Part shown: in pieces, positions 18,121 to 32,489 of the stretch
Layout of the letters: every line of letters starts with the position of its first letter
Numbering within the stretch: the first letter of the stretch is position 1
NCBI GenBank assembly: GCA_002269645.1
Contig: NIVC01000816.1
Coordinates: 1 to 64,000, forward strand
Direction: 5' to 3'
DNA length: 64,000 nucleotides
Source of the DNA: Macrostomum lignano
Taxonomy: Eukaryota
Notes under the pieces: generated by a model
The model's input: the letters and a program-made list of their open reading frames with translations, nothing else
Told to the model about the DNA's origin: nothing
The model's database searches: none
Made by a program: the position numbers and the translations under genes

Positions 18121-21100
18121 AATATACTAAGACTAAATAATAGCACAGAGGGCTAGCTTTCTTTGGCAAACCATAGAATGTTCTACCATACTTTTGCATT
18201 TAATCTGGTATACAATGTATAAAAACTATTCATATTTATATAAATACTGTTAGTGCAACTAGAAAAAGTGATCAAGGCATAGCTACCCCATTTCGGCAGA
18301 AATACATAAAAAATATAAGCCATATGCCAGTCCTAAGCTTGCACTAGGCCCATGCAAGTACAAGAATTGTACAAGAATCCTATACCCATGCAAGTAGGAA
18401 TGTTTTGCCTTGCATGCCATATGGCCTACTTAGACGCAGTAGAGGCATTTATATAATAAGAATAGGCCTAGACCACCAATGAAATTTTGGTCAATATATA
18501 GATGTTTACATTGGCATTGGCAATGGCTAGACTTCTAGCACTAGAACCTATTCTCTAATGGCTATGGATCTAATAGCTTCTATTCTATTCTTAGATGGAA
18601 TTAGACCCTAAATAAAAACAAAGATATAGTATATCTATATAAGAAGTCTTTCAATATTAGAAATAGCCATTTTGAATCTCATCATATTGTTAGGGCCATA
18701 AGTGAGATTTATAAATTTGAAAAATATTAAAATATTTGCATTTTATATCTTGTTGAGTATTTTGTTTTCTTTCTTGTTTGTTGTTTTGATTTGTTGAGTA
18801 TTTTTTAGTTTATAAAAATTGGTCTAATAATAAAAAATTCATGACCATTTTCACTAAAGTTTTTTTACCTTTATAGTGTATTTTCCAATAATAAACTATG
18901 ATTTATAATACCAAAAAATTATCATTTTGTATTTTAAAACATAACTTTGTAACCACTAAACCAATTTTTGTGTGAAAATATATAATAGTCAATTTTTCAT
19001 GATTATAATTTTTTGCTCTTTTAATCTGTAAATATTGGGGAAAATATAGCATAGTTTAGCTTGAAATTGGTGATATTTCATGCAGAGACTTTAAATAAAA
19101 AATGGAAAAATGAATAATTATGATTTCTAAATGGATTGTGATAGTATTTTGTTTAAAAAGTATTTTGTACTATGGCTATATCTATGATATACTTTTTAAG
19201 CTTTTAGTACATAGTACTTTTTGTCAATATGGCTATATGCTATAAAAACAAGCAAGATATTTAAGGCTCCTTGTTTGATACTTAATTACTTTCATTAGAA
19301 CCAAATCTAAGGCAACATATATATGGAATATATCAATTTTTTAGAGCCTACTATTTTACCTAAAGGCTTTTAAGTGCTTTACTCAAGCAGCTAGGTTCAA
19401 AGATCCTTGGTCACAAGATAAGATTAATCTATAGGCAAGTAATGTTATGCAAGCAAGTAAGTCCAAAATTGGGTTGATTTATTGCACTGCTTAGCAAGTT
19501 GTAGCAGAATATGCAATGATAGCAAGACAATATTGGGGAAGCTACTAGATGAGCCATTTACCATTCCCAAGACTACTAAGTCAATGGTCATGGAAAATAC
19601 TATTAGCTTAACTATTCTGACCATGCTTAGGATGTAGCTTAGCCTTTGAGCAGTATACCTTAACTGGCTAGCAGTTACTTTCTTAGGAGAAACATCTCTG
19701 CAAGAAAGCTACATAGAATTTAGCAAACTGTCAAGGAGAGTTTTGTTGAGGTGGCTAATCTATAACAAGGACTAATTGATCATGATGCCAAGATAATGCA
19801 ACTCCAATGAAAGATTGGCAAATGCTAAGACTTGTATATGATTAGATTAGCCAAAGGCTATGCCACATACAATTGTATTTAGTATATAGCTAATGTAATG
19901 ATAATGTATATAACAAACTAAGCAAATGGCATGATTCTGCATGATGACTTATTTACTATTCACCCATTAGTTAGCTACCCCATTTTATTTGTTATCTAGT
20001 ATGCAGCTATCCACTCCACTATGTATATTTTAATGTTAGTTTATTGTCAGTAAAAACTGTGTGACAATGAGATTATATTTGATTTGGGCTATTAGGGATA
20101 GGGGCTACTTATGCCAATTGGTTTTTACCAACATTAAATTGATGTTGAAATGTATATAGCCAATGTATATAACAAACTAAGCAAACAGCATGATTGCATG
20201 ATGACTCATTTACCACTCATTTCTTGGTCAGCCACTTCATTCTGCTTATCCTCTAGTGCCATAGTCCCAAGTATGCAATGTTTATACAATAATATTTTTG
20301 CTTTGCACCTTATACATAGGAGGGTTAGATCAAATCTACTGAGCGTGCACTGCTAGATTAAAAGAAGGATTGCAAATTGAGGTGTTACAACAATAAAGGA
20401 CCTTTTTAACATTGCGACAATAAAAGACCCTTTTCTGCATTGCAATAATAAAGGACCTTTTTGCACTATAACAATAGAAGACCCTTTTTTATATCAACTT
20501 TTTTATAGAAGATTGCAAATAAACAATAGGGCCTACTTTTAAAATGTTTCTCTTTGCAACCTAAATACATTTATTTGCTTTTTATTTTTTATATTTTCTG
20601 TCTTTCTTAGGCCCATTAATATAGAATATTTATTTTATAAGTGACAAGTATCACTGCATATTTTTAAAAAGACTACAAATTTTTATGGCATAGCGATAGC
20701 TATTAGATAGCTCTGACTATGGAGCCATATATAATTTTTATGCCAGACTATTGTGCAAAGCATGCCAAAACTTTTCTACTTTTTAATATATACCATGCAT
20801 GCCTAGGTTAAGTTGCATATAAGAATTTCCCCCAAAATTATCTTTAGGAGTATGGGTCCAATGTGTAGCCACCTTATTCCTAGTCCTACTAGGCCTAGCC
20901 TATATATATTTTAATTTTAATGTAAGTTTAATTTTAACATAGGTAAAAACTGATTGGCCAAAGTTATATACTATTCTATTAGTACTTGCATCTTACTTTG
21001 TACATGCCTACCATAGCCATCCTAGTTATGAGTCATTTTAAACTTTCTATTATTGCCTAGGCAGTGACTATTTGTCTAGTATCAGATAAATAATGTAACC

Positions 21101-23962
21101 ATTATTTGTCTAGTACTGGATAAATAAAAGTGAAGTTATTTGTCCAGCACAGTATAGATGTAGATATATAATAAAAACTTGTAAAATACAGGGAATACTC
21201 AAAAAGTAGTATATAGTTCACTTTTAGGCTAGAAGCAGAAAATATTTATTATGATTAGATAGTGCTGTTTCTTAAAAATTCTAGAACTTTGGGCAAAAAA
21301 TACTTGGGCACAAGTCTACATGTCATTGCCTAATCTAGCAGTTTTGTATAATTTTTACCTTTATTATATTTTGTTCTATATATATTGGTATGTTTTGGTT
21401 TCACAATAAATAGTAGTCATAGTATAGTCAAAATTAATAACGACAATTGCTGCTATATAACACAAATGCCAAAGTAAGGACTTAGAGTTATTACAATAAC
21501 AATTGGAATTGTTACAATAAAAAAAGTGGAGTCATCACTACAGGTTTGAACTGAGTACTGACTGATCATTAGGAAGACACTAACATCATGCTAGTATACC
21601 TTGCTAGAAATGGAAAAGATAGGCAGAGTGGCATATGAATTCATGCAACTCAGCCAGTATTGGACAAATAACTTCTAATATTTATCTGGTGCCAGATGAA
21701 TAGTCACTGCCTATTGTCTATTTAATTGCTTTTAAAATTATTTATGTATGCCAAATATACTTTACAAATTAACTCTTAAGTTATATGGACTAAGTTATAT
21801 GCATCTTTAATGGCTATAGATCTGGCATATAAACTAGGCCTAGGCCTACTGCCTACTCTGTTTATTTTAAATATAGGCTTATACATGATATCAATAATAA
21901 TTGTAGAAGTGGTTAATAATTTCTAGGAATATAACAGTTTGAATCTGCACTAATAATTTGTTTTACTCTATAAAATATTCTATATATTCTATATATTCTT
22001 AATATTTGATGATTGTTAAAAATACACACTTTCGGATAGTATAAATAAGAGTAGGCTGAGACTCCCTAAGAGGAAGAAGAGACAACTCATTTGCTAGCTA
22101 TAAGCTCAAAACGTGTTTGATTGAATCATTTTCAGATCATTGCTTATTTCTAAAGAGTATTGCAGAGAAGGTTGAAAGTTGGGAATTGAGAGTTCATGCA
22201 AGAGTAGTACTAAGAGTAGGCCTAATCGCTGTGACCCTCTAATCTTGGTAATGCCCAGACTGGAGAGAGAGAAAAAGTACATATACCAGTAAGACTGCTC
22301 AGGCCATATACTAAGAACACTACCAGACCACCTACTAAGAACGCTACCAGAACACTACAAGAATGCTACCCAGAAATATATGAGATTCTAAGAAACAGTT
22401 AAAACATTAAGGCAAGATTAAGTCAAATGTCAACAGTAGAAATTTAATAGAGAAAGTAAGCCCTACAACAACTTTGGTGGCTTAACAGTGGGATTTTGTA
22501 TTGTACAGGAACACCCCTAGCACAACTTTGGTGGCAATTAGTATAATAGTTGGACAGAAGTAATCCCTAGCATATAATGAAGAGCTCCAATTGTAAAACT
22601 CATATATTAAATGTTAATCTAGGCTCCTAATTTAGTAATAAATTCTTTACTTTTGTTAGTAATAAAATTGTATTATATTGTTTGATAAATAAAATGGAGA
22701 GCTTGCATGCATGGGCATGGAAGCCATCCACCCAGTGTTTCAATTGTGTGCACATCTTTAACTTATTAATACAATATGTTGTAGGCCTATACTCTTCAAA
22801 TTATTGGAAATTCGAACCTACATTGTCATTAGCTTTAGCTATTTTGTATTTATTGGTATTGGTAGTGCCAGAACAGCAGAACTGTAGCCATTGCCAAATA
22901 GAATAAATTTATCAACTGATCATTTGAGTGATCAACTGTGTCATATTATAATTTATAGGGAAAGATAGTAAATCTTTACGACTTTAGGCTTATTTCCGTT
23001 TCCACTTTCTCATTCCAGCCACTTGAATAATTAGATTAGGGCTAGATCTAGCTAACCTAACCCAATGTTAATAAGCGTCAGTCTATTTCTGCCTCTGTCC
23101 ATATTACACGCGTCGCGTCGCTTACGTATTTTACTTTTACGTTATGAAATGTCAAATGAATTTGTTTATTCAAGTTAACCTGTTCATGATTAATCTAATA
23201 TATCTAATATATTTTTTATTAAAACTCAACTTCAACTTACTAATGACTAAAAGGGCGATGAAGTCAATTTAGACATTTTCTATAATGTACCCTCATACTT
23301 GATACTTATAATAAAACATCACTAATTTTCGATCGACGACAAAAAAGTGAAAATTAAAAATTCGCTATTTACTATTTAAAACAAGTTAATTTATACAAGA
23401 GAGTTTGAGTTTTTACTGATTAGCTTTAAGCAGAACTTTATGCATACAATTTAATGGCTGTTATTAGGTGGCTACACTAATTTTTGAGATTTCTAGCTTT
23501 TTTTCTAACGTAAATGATTATCATCGTTAAAAAACGAGAGCTCTATAAGCATTTTTTGTTTTTTTAATTATTATTAATCAGACGCTGGTTCAAGAGTGAG
23601 CGAAGCACCCGCTGCTAGAAAACCTCTGAGTCCAGCCTAGCTGCAGACTAAGGGTTAAGGCGCGGCCTACTAGAGCCTGCAAGTCAGTGAGGAGTGTCAG
23701 TCAGAGGCATGGTGCAGCCCCCTGGCCCCGGGCGGAGTCTCCCACAAGGCGGGGCTGAGCAGCAGGTCGGCGAGCGGGGGCCCAGTGCTCCGTGTGTGCA
23801 TGGGGACCGCAGGTGGTAGTGGCGTCAACACCTGCTGGCGTCGCCTCTGCAAAGTGCGACCCAGGGGTGCATGCACACGCGGGTCGATCCGGGCCGCCAG
23901 CTCAGCGTTGCTCTCGGAAGAGAACCGGGGGGATGCACTATATAAGCATACAATCATTGTTC

Positions 23963-24148
23963 CAGGAGCGGATCCAGAAAGGGGGCCATGACCCCCGTCA
24001 GCCGCGGCCAAAAAATTGGGCCACATGCTTTTTTTGGCTGCAACTGGCCAGGTCTCATTACATGTACAGTGTAATTTCCTATATTTGGGTTGTGGTGCTT
24101 GGTATAGCTACCCCCTCCCCCCCCCCAAAATTTCTGGATTTGCGCCTG
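23963..24148. mobile_element. Small MITE-like element
   Basis: Imperfect TIRs CAGGAGCGGATCCAGAAA / TTTCTGGATTTGCGCCTG; no clear TSD. Confidence 0.5.
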
Positions 24149-25427
24149 TTTAGTTCAATGGATTTCTTATTTGCGCAGTCATAATAAACATACAGTATGA
24201 CATTACATGTACATTTGCATTTGATGGGTCATTTAAATTGATAAATACGCCAAATTTAATTTGTACGTTCCACGATGCGGTTCGTTTATTCGTTTGTCAC
24301 AAAAAAGCCCGTACATGTACATATGTATCTCACGTTTTTTATACTTTGACTCGCAAAATACTCATCTTTGATATTTGGTACATGCTACATCAACTTTTGT
24401 AGAACATAAAGCTGTCAGGAGTGTCAGAAAACAGTTCTGTATTCGGGGGCCTGCACTACATGTACAGAGAACTTTTTACTGGGCTTAGATTGTTCATGTG
24501 CAGGCATAAAACAAGGAACGCTGCACACACTAGCTCATATAAAAGAAACCTGCAGATATCATTTACACAGACTGAGAAAATTCTCGGATCTGTAATCGTT
24601 CAATGCACAGCAGCAATACACAGGTAATGCACAGGCAACTACACAGTCAAGTTTCAACGCTGTCACGCTGCAACTATGATAAGCTTGCAATGATAATGAC
24701 CTAGGAAAGGCAATGTAGAGAGAGATCTACCAGGCTTGGCCAGTGACGCACCGGCACCAATTCAGGCACCAATAAGATAATACTTAACACTCGAGTTAGC
24801 AAGAAAGCCAAGCAAACTGAAAGAAAAAAACAACAATATCTCAGCTTTAATGTTTCTAATACGTTCAGAGAAGCGAATGTGAAGTCTTTAAAAAGAGCAC
24901 AATTGATTTACTCCTATAGAAAACCTACGCAACAAAATCGAAGAACAATATGAAAAACGAAGTCGACGTGCCTCGTCTTTAAGATAGCCATACCAATCAT
25001 TAACACCGGAACTGTTACTATTATAACAAACTAGTCATTTGGAAAAGTATTATAGCAAAAAATAGAGATCAGATGCGGAATCAGATTACTAATAAAACTA
25101 TAAAAACCCAGTGCAGCGCAGAGCTGAAGGAAGACGGAGGATCCTTTTCTTTTTTATCGTTTCGATTCGCTGCGGCACTGCAGTATAAAGTACAGAGAGT
25201 ACGTTATAGCTGGATGAATAAGAGCAAGCAGACACAGTGTCAATAGAATGTCGCAACGATTACAAGTGTGTGAATATTTAAGAATAAATATAATAATCTA
25301 TTCCAAGAAATGTTTTTTAAATCAGCAAACTAAATCATAGTTTTATTTGTTGATAGAAACTATTCGTTAGCAGAGGAGCAACCAAGTGCGGGCATTTCTC
25401 TCTGATGACCTTGGTGTGGCAAGGTCA

Positions 25428-25515
25428 TCTATCATCTATCTATCTATGTATCTATCTATGTGTCTATGTATCTATGTATCTATGTATCTATCTCTCTATC
25501 TCTCTCTATCTCTAT
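25428..25515. repeat. (TATC)n-type microsatellite 3' of the DyP stop
   Basis: Directly visible. Confidence 0.9.
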
Positions 25516-25547
25516 CCAGTATCAGGTTGCAGCCTCGCCCAGCTCAC

Positions 25548-28500
25548 TCAGGCGAACTTGGCCAGCTCAGAGGTGGGCGGGAAGTACCAGTAGTTGCCAG
25601 CCACGCAGCGGGTGATCCGCATGATGTCGTCGGAGTGCGAGTCGCTGCCCTTGCCGACCATGCGGTCCAGCATGAAGTTGAAGTTGTCCGGGCTGGCCGC
25701 GTAGGCGATGAAGAACAGACCGGACTCGCCGGACACCGTGCTGGGGGTTGGGGAGCGGCTTGGCGATTGCAGGTGCGACTGAGAATAGGGAATCGGCCGG
25801 ACAACAATGGGGAATCGCCCTGACACCAATTGGGAATCATCCTGACACTAATCGGGAATCGCCCTGACACCAATCGGGAATCGCCCTGACACCCATCGGG
25901 AATCACCCTGACACTAATCGAGAATCGCCCTGACACCAATCGGGAATCGCCCTGACACCAATTGGGAATCATCCTGACACCAATCGGGAATCGCCCTGAC
26001 ACCAATCGGGAATCACCCTGACACCAATCGGGAATCACCCTGACACTAATCGGGAATCGCCCTGACACCAATCGGGAATCGCCCTGACACCCATCGGGAA
26101 TCACCCTGACACTAATCGAGAATCGCCCTGACACCAATCGGGAATCGCCCTGACACCAATTGGGAATCATCCTGACACCAATCGGGAATCGCCCTGACAC
26201 CAATCGGGAATCACCCTGACACCAATCGGGAATCACCCTGACACCAATCGGGAATCGCCCTGACACCAATTGGGAATCATCCTGACACCAATCGGGAATC
26301 GCCCTGACACCAATCGGGAATCACCCTGACACCAATCGGGAATCACCCTGACACCAATCGGGAATCATCCTGACACCAATCGGGAATCGCCCTGACACCA
26401 ATCGGGAATCACCCTGACACCAATCGGGAATCACCCTGACACTAATCGGGAATCGCCCTGACACTAATCGGGAATCGCCCTGACACCCATCGGGAATCAC
26501 CCTGACACTAATCGAGAATCGCCCTGACACCAATCGGGAATCGCCCTGACACCAATTGGGAATCATCCTGACACCAATCGGGAATCGCCCTGAATCGCCC
26601 TGACACCAATCGGGAATCATCCTGACACCAATCGGGAATCATCTTGACACCAATCGGGAATCGCCTTGACACCAATCGGGAATCGCCCTGACACCAATCG
26701 GGAATCGCCCTGACACCAATCGGGAATCACCCTGACACTAATCGGGAATCACCCTGACACTAATCGGGAATCATCCTGACACCAATCGGGAATCACCCTG
26801 ACACCAATCGGGAATCGCCCTGACACCAATCGGGAATCACCCTGACACTAATCGGGAATCGCCCTGACACCAATCGGGAATCATCCTGACACCAATCGGG
26901 AATCGCCCTGACACCAATCGGGAATCGCCCTGACACCAATCGGGAATCACCCTGACACTAATCGGGAATCACCCTGACACTAATCGGGAATCGCCCTGAC
27001 ACTAATCGGGAATCATCCTGACACCCATCGGGAATCGCCTTGACACCAATTGGGAATCACCATGACACCAATCGGGAATCGCCCTGACACCAATTGGGAA
27101 TCACCCTGACACCAATCGGGAATCGCCCTGACACCAATCGGGAATCGCCCTGACACCAATCGGGAATCATCCTGACACCAATCGGGAATCGCCCTGACAC
27201 CAATCGGGAATCATCCTGACACCAATCGGGAATCGCCCTGACACCAATCGGGAATCATCCTGACACCAATCGAGAATCGCCCTGACACCAATCGGGAATC
27301 ATCCTGACACCAATCGGGAATCGCCCTGACACCAATCGAGAATCGCCCTGACACCAATCGGGAATCGCCCTGACACCAATCGGGAATCGCCCTGACACCA
27401 ATCGGGAATCGCCCTGACACTAATCGGGAATCACCCTGACACTAATCGGGAATCGCCCTGACACTAATCGGGAATCACCCTGACACTAATCGGGAATCAC
27501 CCTGACACCAATCGGGAATCGCCCTGACACTAATCGGGAATCACCCTGACACTAATCGGGAATCGCCCTGACACCAATCGGGAATCGCCCTGACACCAAT
27601 CGGGAATCGCCCTGACACCAATCGGGAATCACCCTGACACCAATCGGGAATCGCCCTGACACCAATCGGGAATCGCCCTGACACTAATCGGGAATCACCC
27701 TGACACCAATCGGGAATCGCCCTGACACCCATCGGGAATCACCCTGACACTAATCGAGAATCGCCCTGACACCAATCGGGAATCGCCCTGACACCAATTG
27801 GGAATCATCCTGACACCAATCGGGAATCGCCCTGACACCAATCGGGAATCACCCTGACACCAATCGGGAATCACCCTGACACTAATCGGGAATCGCCCTG
27901 ACACCAATCGGGAATCGCCCTGACACCCATCGGGAATCACCCTGACACTAATCGAGAATCGCCCTGACACCAATCGGGAATCGCCCTGACACCAATTGGG
28001 AATCATCCTGACACCAATCGGGAATCGCCCTGACACCAATCGGGAATCACCCTGACACCAATCGGGAATCACCCTGACACCAATCGGGAATCGCCCTGAC
28101 ACCAATTGGGAATCATCCTGACACCAATCGGGAATCGCCCTGACACCAATCGGGAATCACCCTGACACCAATCGGGAATCACCCTGACACCAATCGGGAA
28201 TCATCCTGACACCAATCGGGAATCGCCCTGACACCAATCGGGAATCACCCTGACACCAATCGGGAATCACCCTGACACTAATCGGGAATCGCCCTGACAC
28301 CAATCGGGAATCGCCCTGACACCCATCGGGAATCACCCTGACACTAATCGAGAATCGCCCTGACACCAATCGGGAATCGCCCTGACACCAATTGGGAATC
28401 ATCCTGACACCAATCGGGAATCGCCCTGAATCGCCCTGACACCAATCGGGAATCATCCTGACACCAATCGGGAATCATCTTGACACCAATCGGGAATCGC

Positions 28501-31500
28501 CTTGACACCAATCGGGAATCGCCCTGACACCAATCGGGAATCGCCCTGACACCAATCGGGAATCACCCTGACACTAATCGGGAATCACCCTGACACTAAT
28601 CGGGAATCATCCTGACACCAATCGGGAATCACCCTGACACCAATCGGGAATCGCCCTGACACCAATCGGGAATCACCCTGACACTAATCGGGAATCGCCC
28701 TGACACCAATCGGGAATCATCCTGACACCAATCGGGAATCATCCTGACACCAATCGGGAATCGCCCTGACACCAATCGGGAATCGCCCTGACACCAATCG
28801 GGAATCACCCTGACACTAATCGGGAATCACCCTGACACTAATCGGGAATCATCCTGACACCAATCGGGAATCACCCTGACACCAATCGGGAATCGCCCTG
28901 ACACCAATCGGGAATCACCCTGACACTAATCGGGAATCGCCCTGACACCAATCGGGAATCATCCTGACACCAATCGGGAATCGCCCTGACACCAATCGGG
29001 AATCGCCCTGACACCAATCGGGAATCACCCTGACACTAATCGGGAATCACCCTGACACTAATCGGGAATCGCCCTGACACTAATCGGGAATCATCCTGAC
29101 ACCCATCGGGAATCGCCTTGACACCAATTGGGAATCACCCTGACACCAATCGGGAATCGCCCTGACACCAATTGGGAATCACCCTGACACCAATCGGGAA
29201 TCGCCCTGACACCAATCGGGAATCGCCCTGACACCAATCGGGAATCATCCTGACACCAATCGGGAATCGCCCTGACACCAATCGGGAATCATCCTGACAC
29301 CAATCGGGAATCGCCCTGACACCAATCGGGAATCATCCTGACACCAATCGAGAATCGCCCTGACACCAATCGGGAATCATCCTGACACCAATCGGGAATC
29401 GCCCTGACACCAATCGAGAATCGCCCTGACACCAATCGGGAATCGCCCTGACACCAATCGGGAATCGCCCTGACACCAATCGGGAATCGCCCTGACACTA
29501 ATCGGGAATCACCCTGACACTAATCGGGAATCGCCCTGACACTAATCGGGAATCACCCTGACACTAATCGGGAATCGCCCTGACACCAATCGGGAATCGC
29601 CCTGACACTAATCGGGAATCACCCTGACACTAATCGGGAATCGCCCTGACACCAATCGGGAATCGCCCTGACACCAATCGGGAATCGCCCTGACACCAAT
29701 CGGGAATCACCCTGACACCAATCGGGAATCGCCCTGACACCAATCGGGAATCGCCCTGACACTAATCGGGAATCACCCTGACACTAATCGGGAATCGCCC
29801 TGACACCAATCGGGAATCGCCCTGACACCAATCGGGAATCATCCTGACACCAATCGGGAATCGCCCTGACACCAATCGGGAATCATCCTGACACCAATCG
29901 GGAATCATCCTGACACCAATCGGGAATCGCCCTGACACCAATCGGGAATCATCCTGACACCAATCGGGAATCGCCCTGACACCAATCGGGAATCATCCTG
30001 ACACCAATCGAGAATCGCCCTGACACCAATCGGGAATCATCCTGACACCAATCGGGAATCGCCCTGACACCAATCGGGAATCGCCCTGACACCAATCGGG
30101 AATCGCCCTGACACTAATCGGGAATCACCCTGACACTAATCGGGAATCGCCCTGACACTAATCGGGAATCACCCTGACACTAATCGGGAATCGCCCTGAC
30201 ACCAATCGGGAATCGCCCTGACACCAATCGGGAATCGCCCTGACACCAATCGGGAATCGCCCTGACACTAATCGGGAATCACCCTGACACTAATCGGGAA
30301 TCGCCCTGACACCAATCGGGAATCGCCCTGACACTAATCGGGAATCACCCTGACACTAATCGGGAATCGCCCTGACACCAATCGGGAATCGCCCTGACAC
30401 TAATCGGGAATCGCCCTGACACTAATCGGGAATCACCCTGACACCAATCGGGAATCGCCCTGACACCAATCGGGAATCGCCCTGACACTAATCGGGAATC
30501 ACCCTGACACCAATCGGGAATCGCCCTGAGAAGCGGGTCCAAGCATGGCCGTCAATCCTCACCCATAAGGCATGGATTGGCGCACAATCTCGAACTGCTT
30601 CTTCTGCTCGAAGGCGTTGCCCCCAGTCATCCTGGCCACGTGAGAGGAGATGGACTTGCGCCGCAGCTCGGTGCTGTCCGTGATGTCCCGGCCAACGAAG
30701 CTTTCCAGCTCGGCCGGCTTGGAGTCCCGGATCTTGGCCAGGTCGTGAATCCAGCGCTGCGTGATGACGAAGCTGCCGCCGCCCCGGGCCACAGCGATCT
30801 GCTTGCGACTCTCCTCGTCAGCCGCGTTCTCCGTGCCGTCGATGAAGCCGCTAAGGTCGCGCCCGTTCCGGTACACGAAGCTGTAGATGTCCTCGAATGA
30901 GCGGACCGAGCCCTTGGGCATGGCGGCCGTCACGGCTTGGCACAGCTCAAACAGCTTGCTCACCTGGGTGCAGCCGAGATAGAAATTAACTGTACCATTT
31001 TCATCCCCAATGGCCACTCTCACTGGCTCCCTAGTGGAATACAGTGTCTGCTTAGATAAAAGTGCAACAAGGACTTTATAAATCCACACAAATGAATTAT
31101 CTGGTGATTTCTGTCCCAGTGACAGCAGAGAAACGCACCTGGTTAGACTTGGCGTGGATGAACAAATCGCCGCCAGTGCTCGGCAGTTCGCCCAGAGCCC
31201 CGCGCCTGTGCGGATAGCTGAAGTCCACGGAGGCGGCGCTGCCCGACTGGCCGACAGCGGCCCGGTAGAAGCTGTAGCCGAAGCCCACGCCCGCCCAGGT
31301 CTCGTCAGATTCGTCGCGCAGATCCGGTGGGCACACCTGGGATGGGTGGGGGTGTGAAAGAAGGTTAAGACAAGAGCGGTGGCACATCAAAGGGCTCTGT
31401 GATGGACTTGAGAGAGGCGGCACATCAAAGGGCTCTGTGATGGACTTGAGAGAGGCGGCACATCAAAGGGCTCTGTGATGGACTTGAGAGCGGCGGCACA

Positions 31501-32026
31501 TCAAAGGACTTTGTGATGGACTTGAGAGCGCGTGGCACATCAAAGTACTTTGTGATGGACTTGAGATCGGCGGCACATCAAAGAATTGTGATGAATTTGA
31601 GAGCGGCGGCACATCAAAGGACTGTGATGGACTAAGAACTTCAATGCGGCGGCACATCAAAAGAATGCACCCAAGATCTTTACCCACCTTGTCCACCAGC
31701 TTCTGCAGATTGGCAGCAACGCGAAGCACCTCCCGCTTATCGGCGCGAGGGTCCAAATGGATGGTGAGGTACAGCGCGTGGTCCTTGGTCTCGCTGTAGA
31801 CAGTTGGCTGGACATTGTCCGAGGCGGCAGCGGCGGTGACGGCGGTCAGGGCGCCTCCGGGCAGGGCGGCAAGGCGCCGGCGCTGATCAACAAAAGCGAC
31901 GGTGGCGGCGGCAGCCAGCAGCAGGCGGGAGGGCCGGGGTGGCGGCGGAGCTCCGCCAGATGACAGGCCCCGACGGCAGCCGAGGCGAGCAGCGGTGGCG
32001 GCGACAAGGCGACAGCGGTTGAGCAT
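25548..32026 (-). CDS. Dye-decolorizing (DyP-type, YfeX-like) heme peroxidase with a putative mitochondrial presequence, 376 aa, 4 exons
   Basis: Exons 32026-31688, 31336-31139, 30963-30563 and 25740-25548 (phases 0,0,2) join in frame. Motifs: TGGDLFIH, RDLSGFIDGTEN (GxxDG Asp), SSHVARM (proximal His), IVRQSMPYG (distal Arg), GLFFIAY, GNYWYFPP. The N-terminus MLNRCRLVAATAARLGCRRGLSS is Arg-rich with no acidic residues. Confidence 0.92.
25810..30530. repeat. 22-bp minisatellite (GGGAATCGCCCTGACACCAATC)n, about 215 copies, filling DyP intron 3
   Basis: Directly visible; copy number is length divided by 22. Confidence 0.97.
31375..31662. repeat. ~38-bp minisatellite in DyP intron 1
   Basis: GGCACATCAAAGGGCTCTGTGATGGACTTGAGAGAGGC repeated about 7 times. 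Confidence 0.9.
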
Positions 32027-32489
32027 GGCTTCAAGTGTACAGAGTGAGCTCTATTGGCAGAGATAATGCTAATGCATGCAATCAAGTAATGTGCACGGGG
32101 TGTTAGCTTGCTCACAGATAATTGCATTTGTTATTAGAGGCAGGGGCAACCTGGCAAACTTTCCTATGGGGGGATACACCAAGGTCAAAGTGCTATGACA
32201 GAGTCACATGGTAGCATGTATAGCAACAAAGGGCAACAAAAAAGTTTTGGTCAGGCTCTTTAAGGGGGGGGGATACACCCCCTATCCCCTGGACATTGTT
32301 GCATATTATATCTCTTTTCTAAAAAATTTTTCCTAAATAGGCCCTAGGTCTTATAGCATAGTTTCAAAGAAACCAATATCCTTATAGCTATATAGCATTT
32401 TAACAAAAGTAATAATTAGAAGCTATTGGGCAGCTCTCTACTTTACTTTATATCTTTATCCCCATTTCTTAATATTTAACAGGCTTATA

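Noticed and set aside
23697-24026. 109-aa GC-rich ORF
   Set aside because: No recognisable domain or splice context; partly overlaps a MITE.
25544-30542. GDSRLVSGRFPIGVR repeat ORFs
   Set aside because: 22-bp satellite inside DyP intron 3; the true exon starts at 25740.
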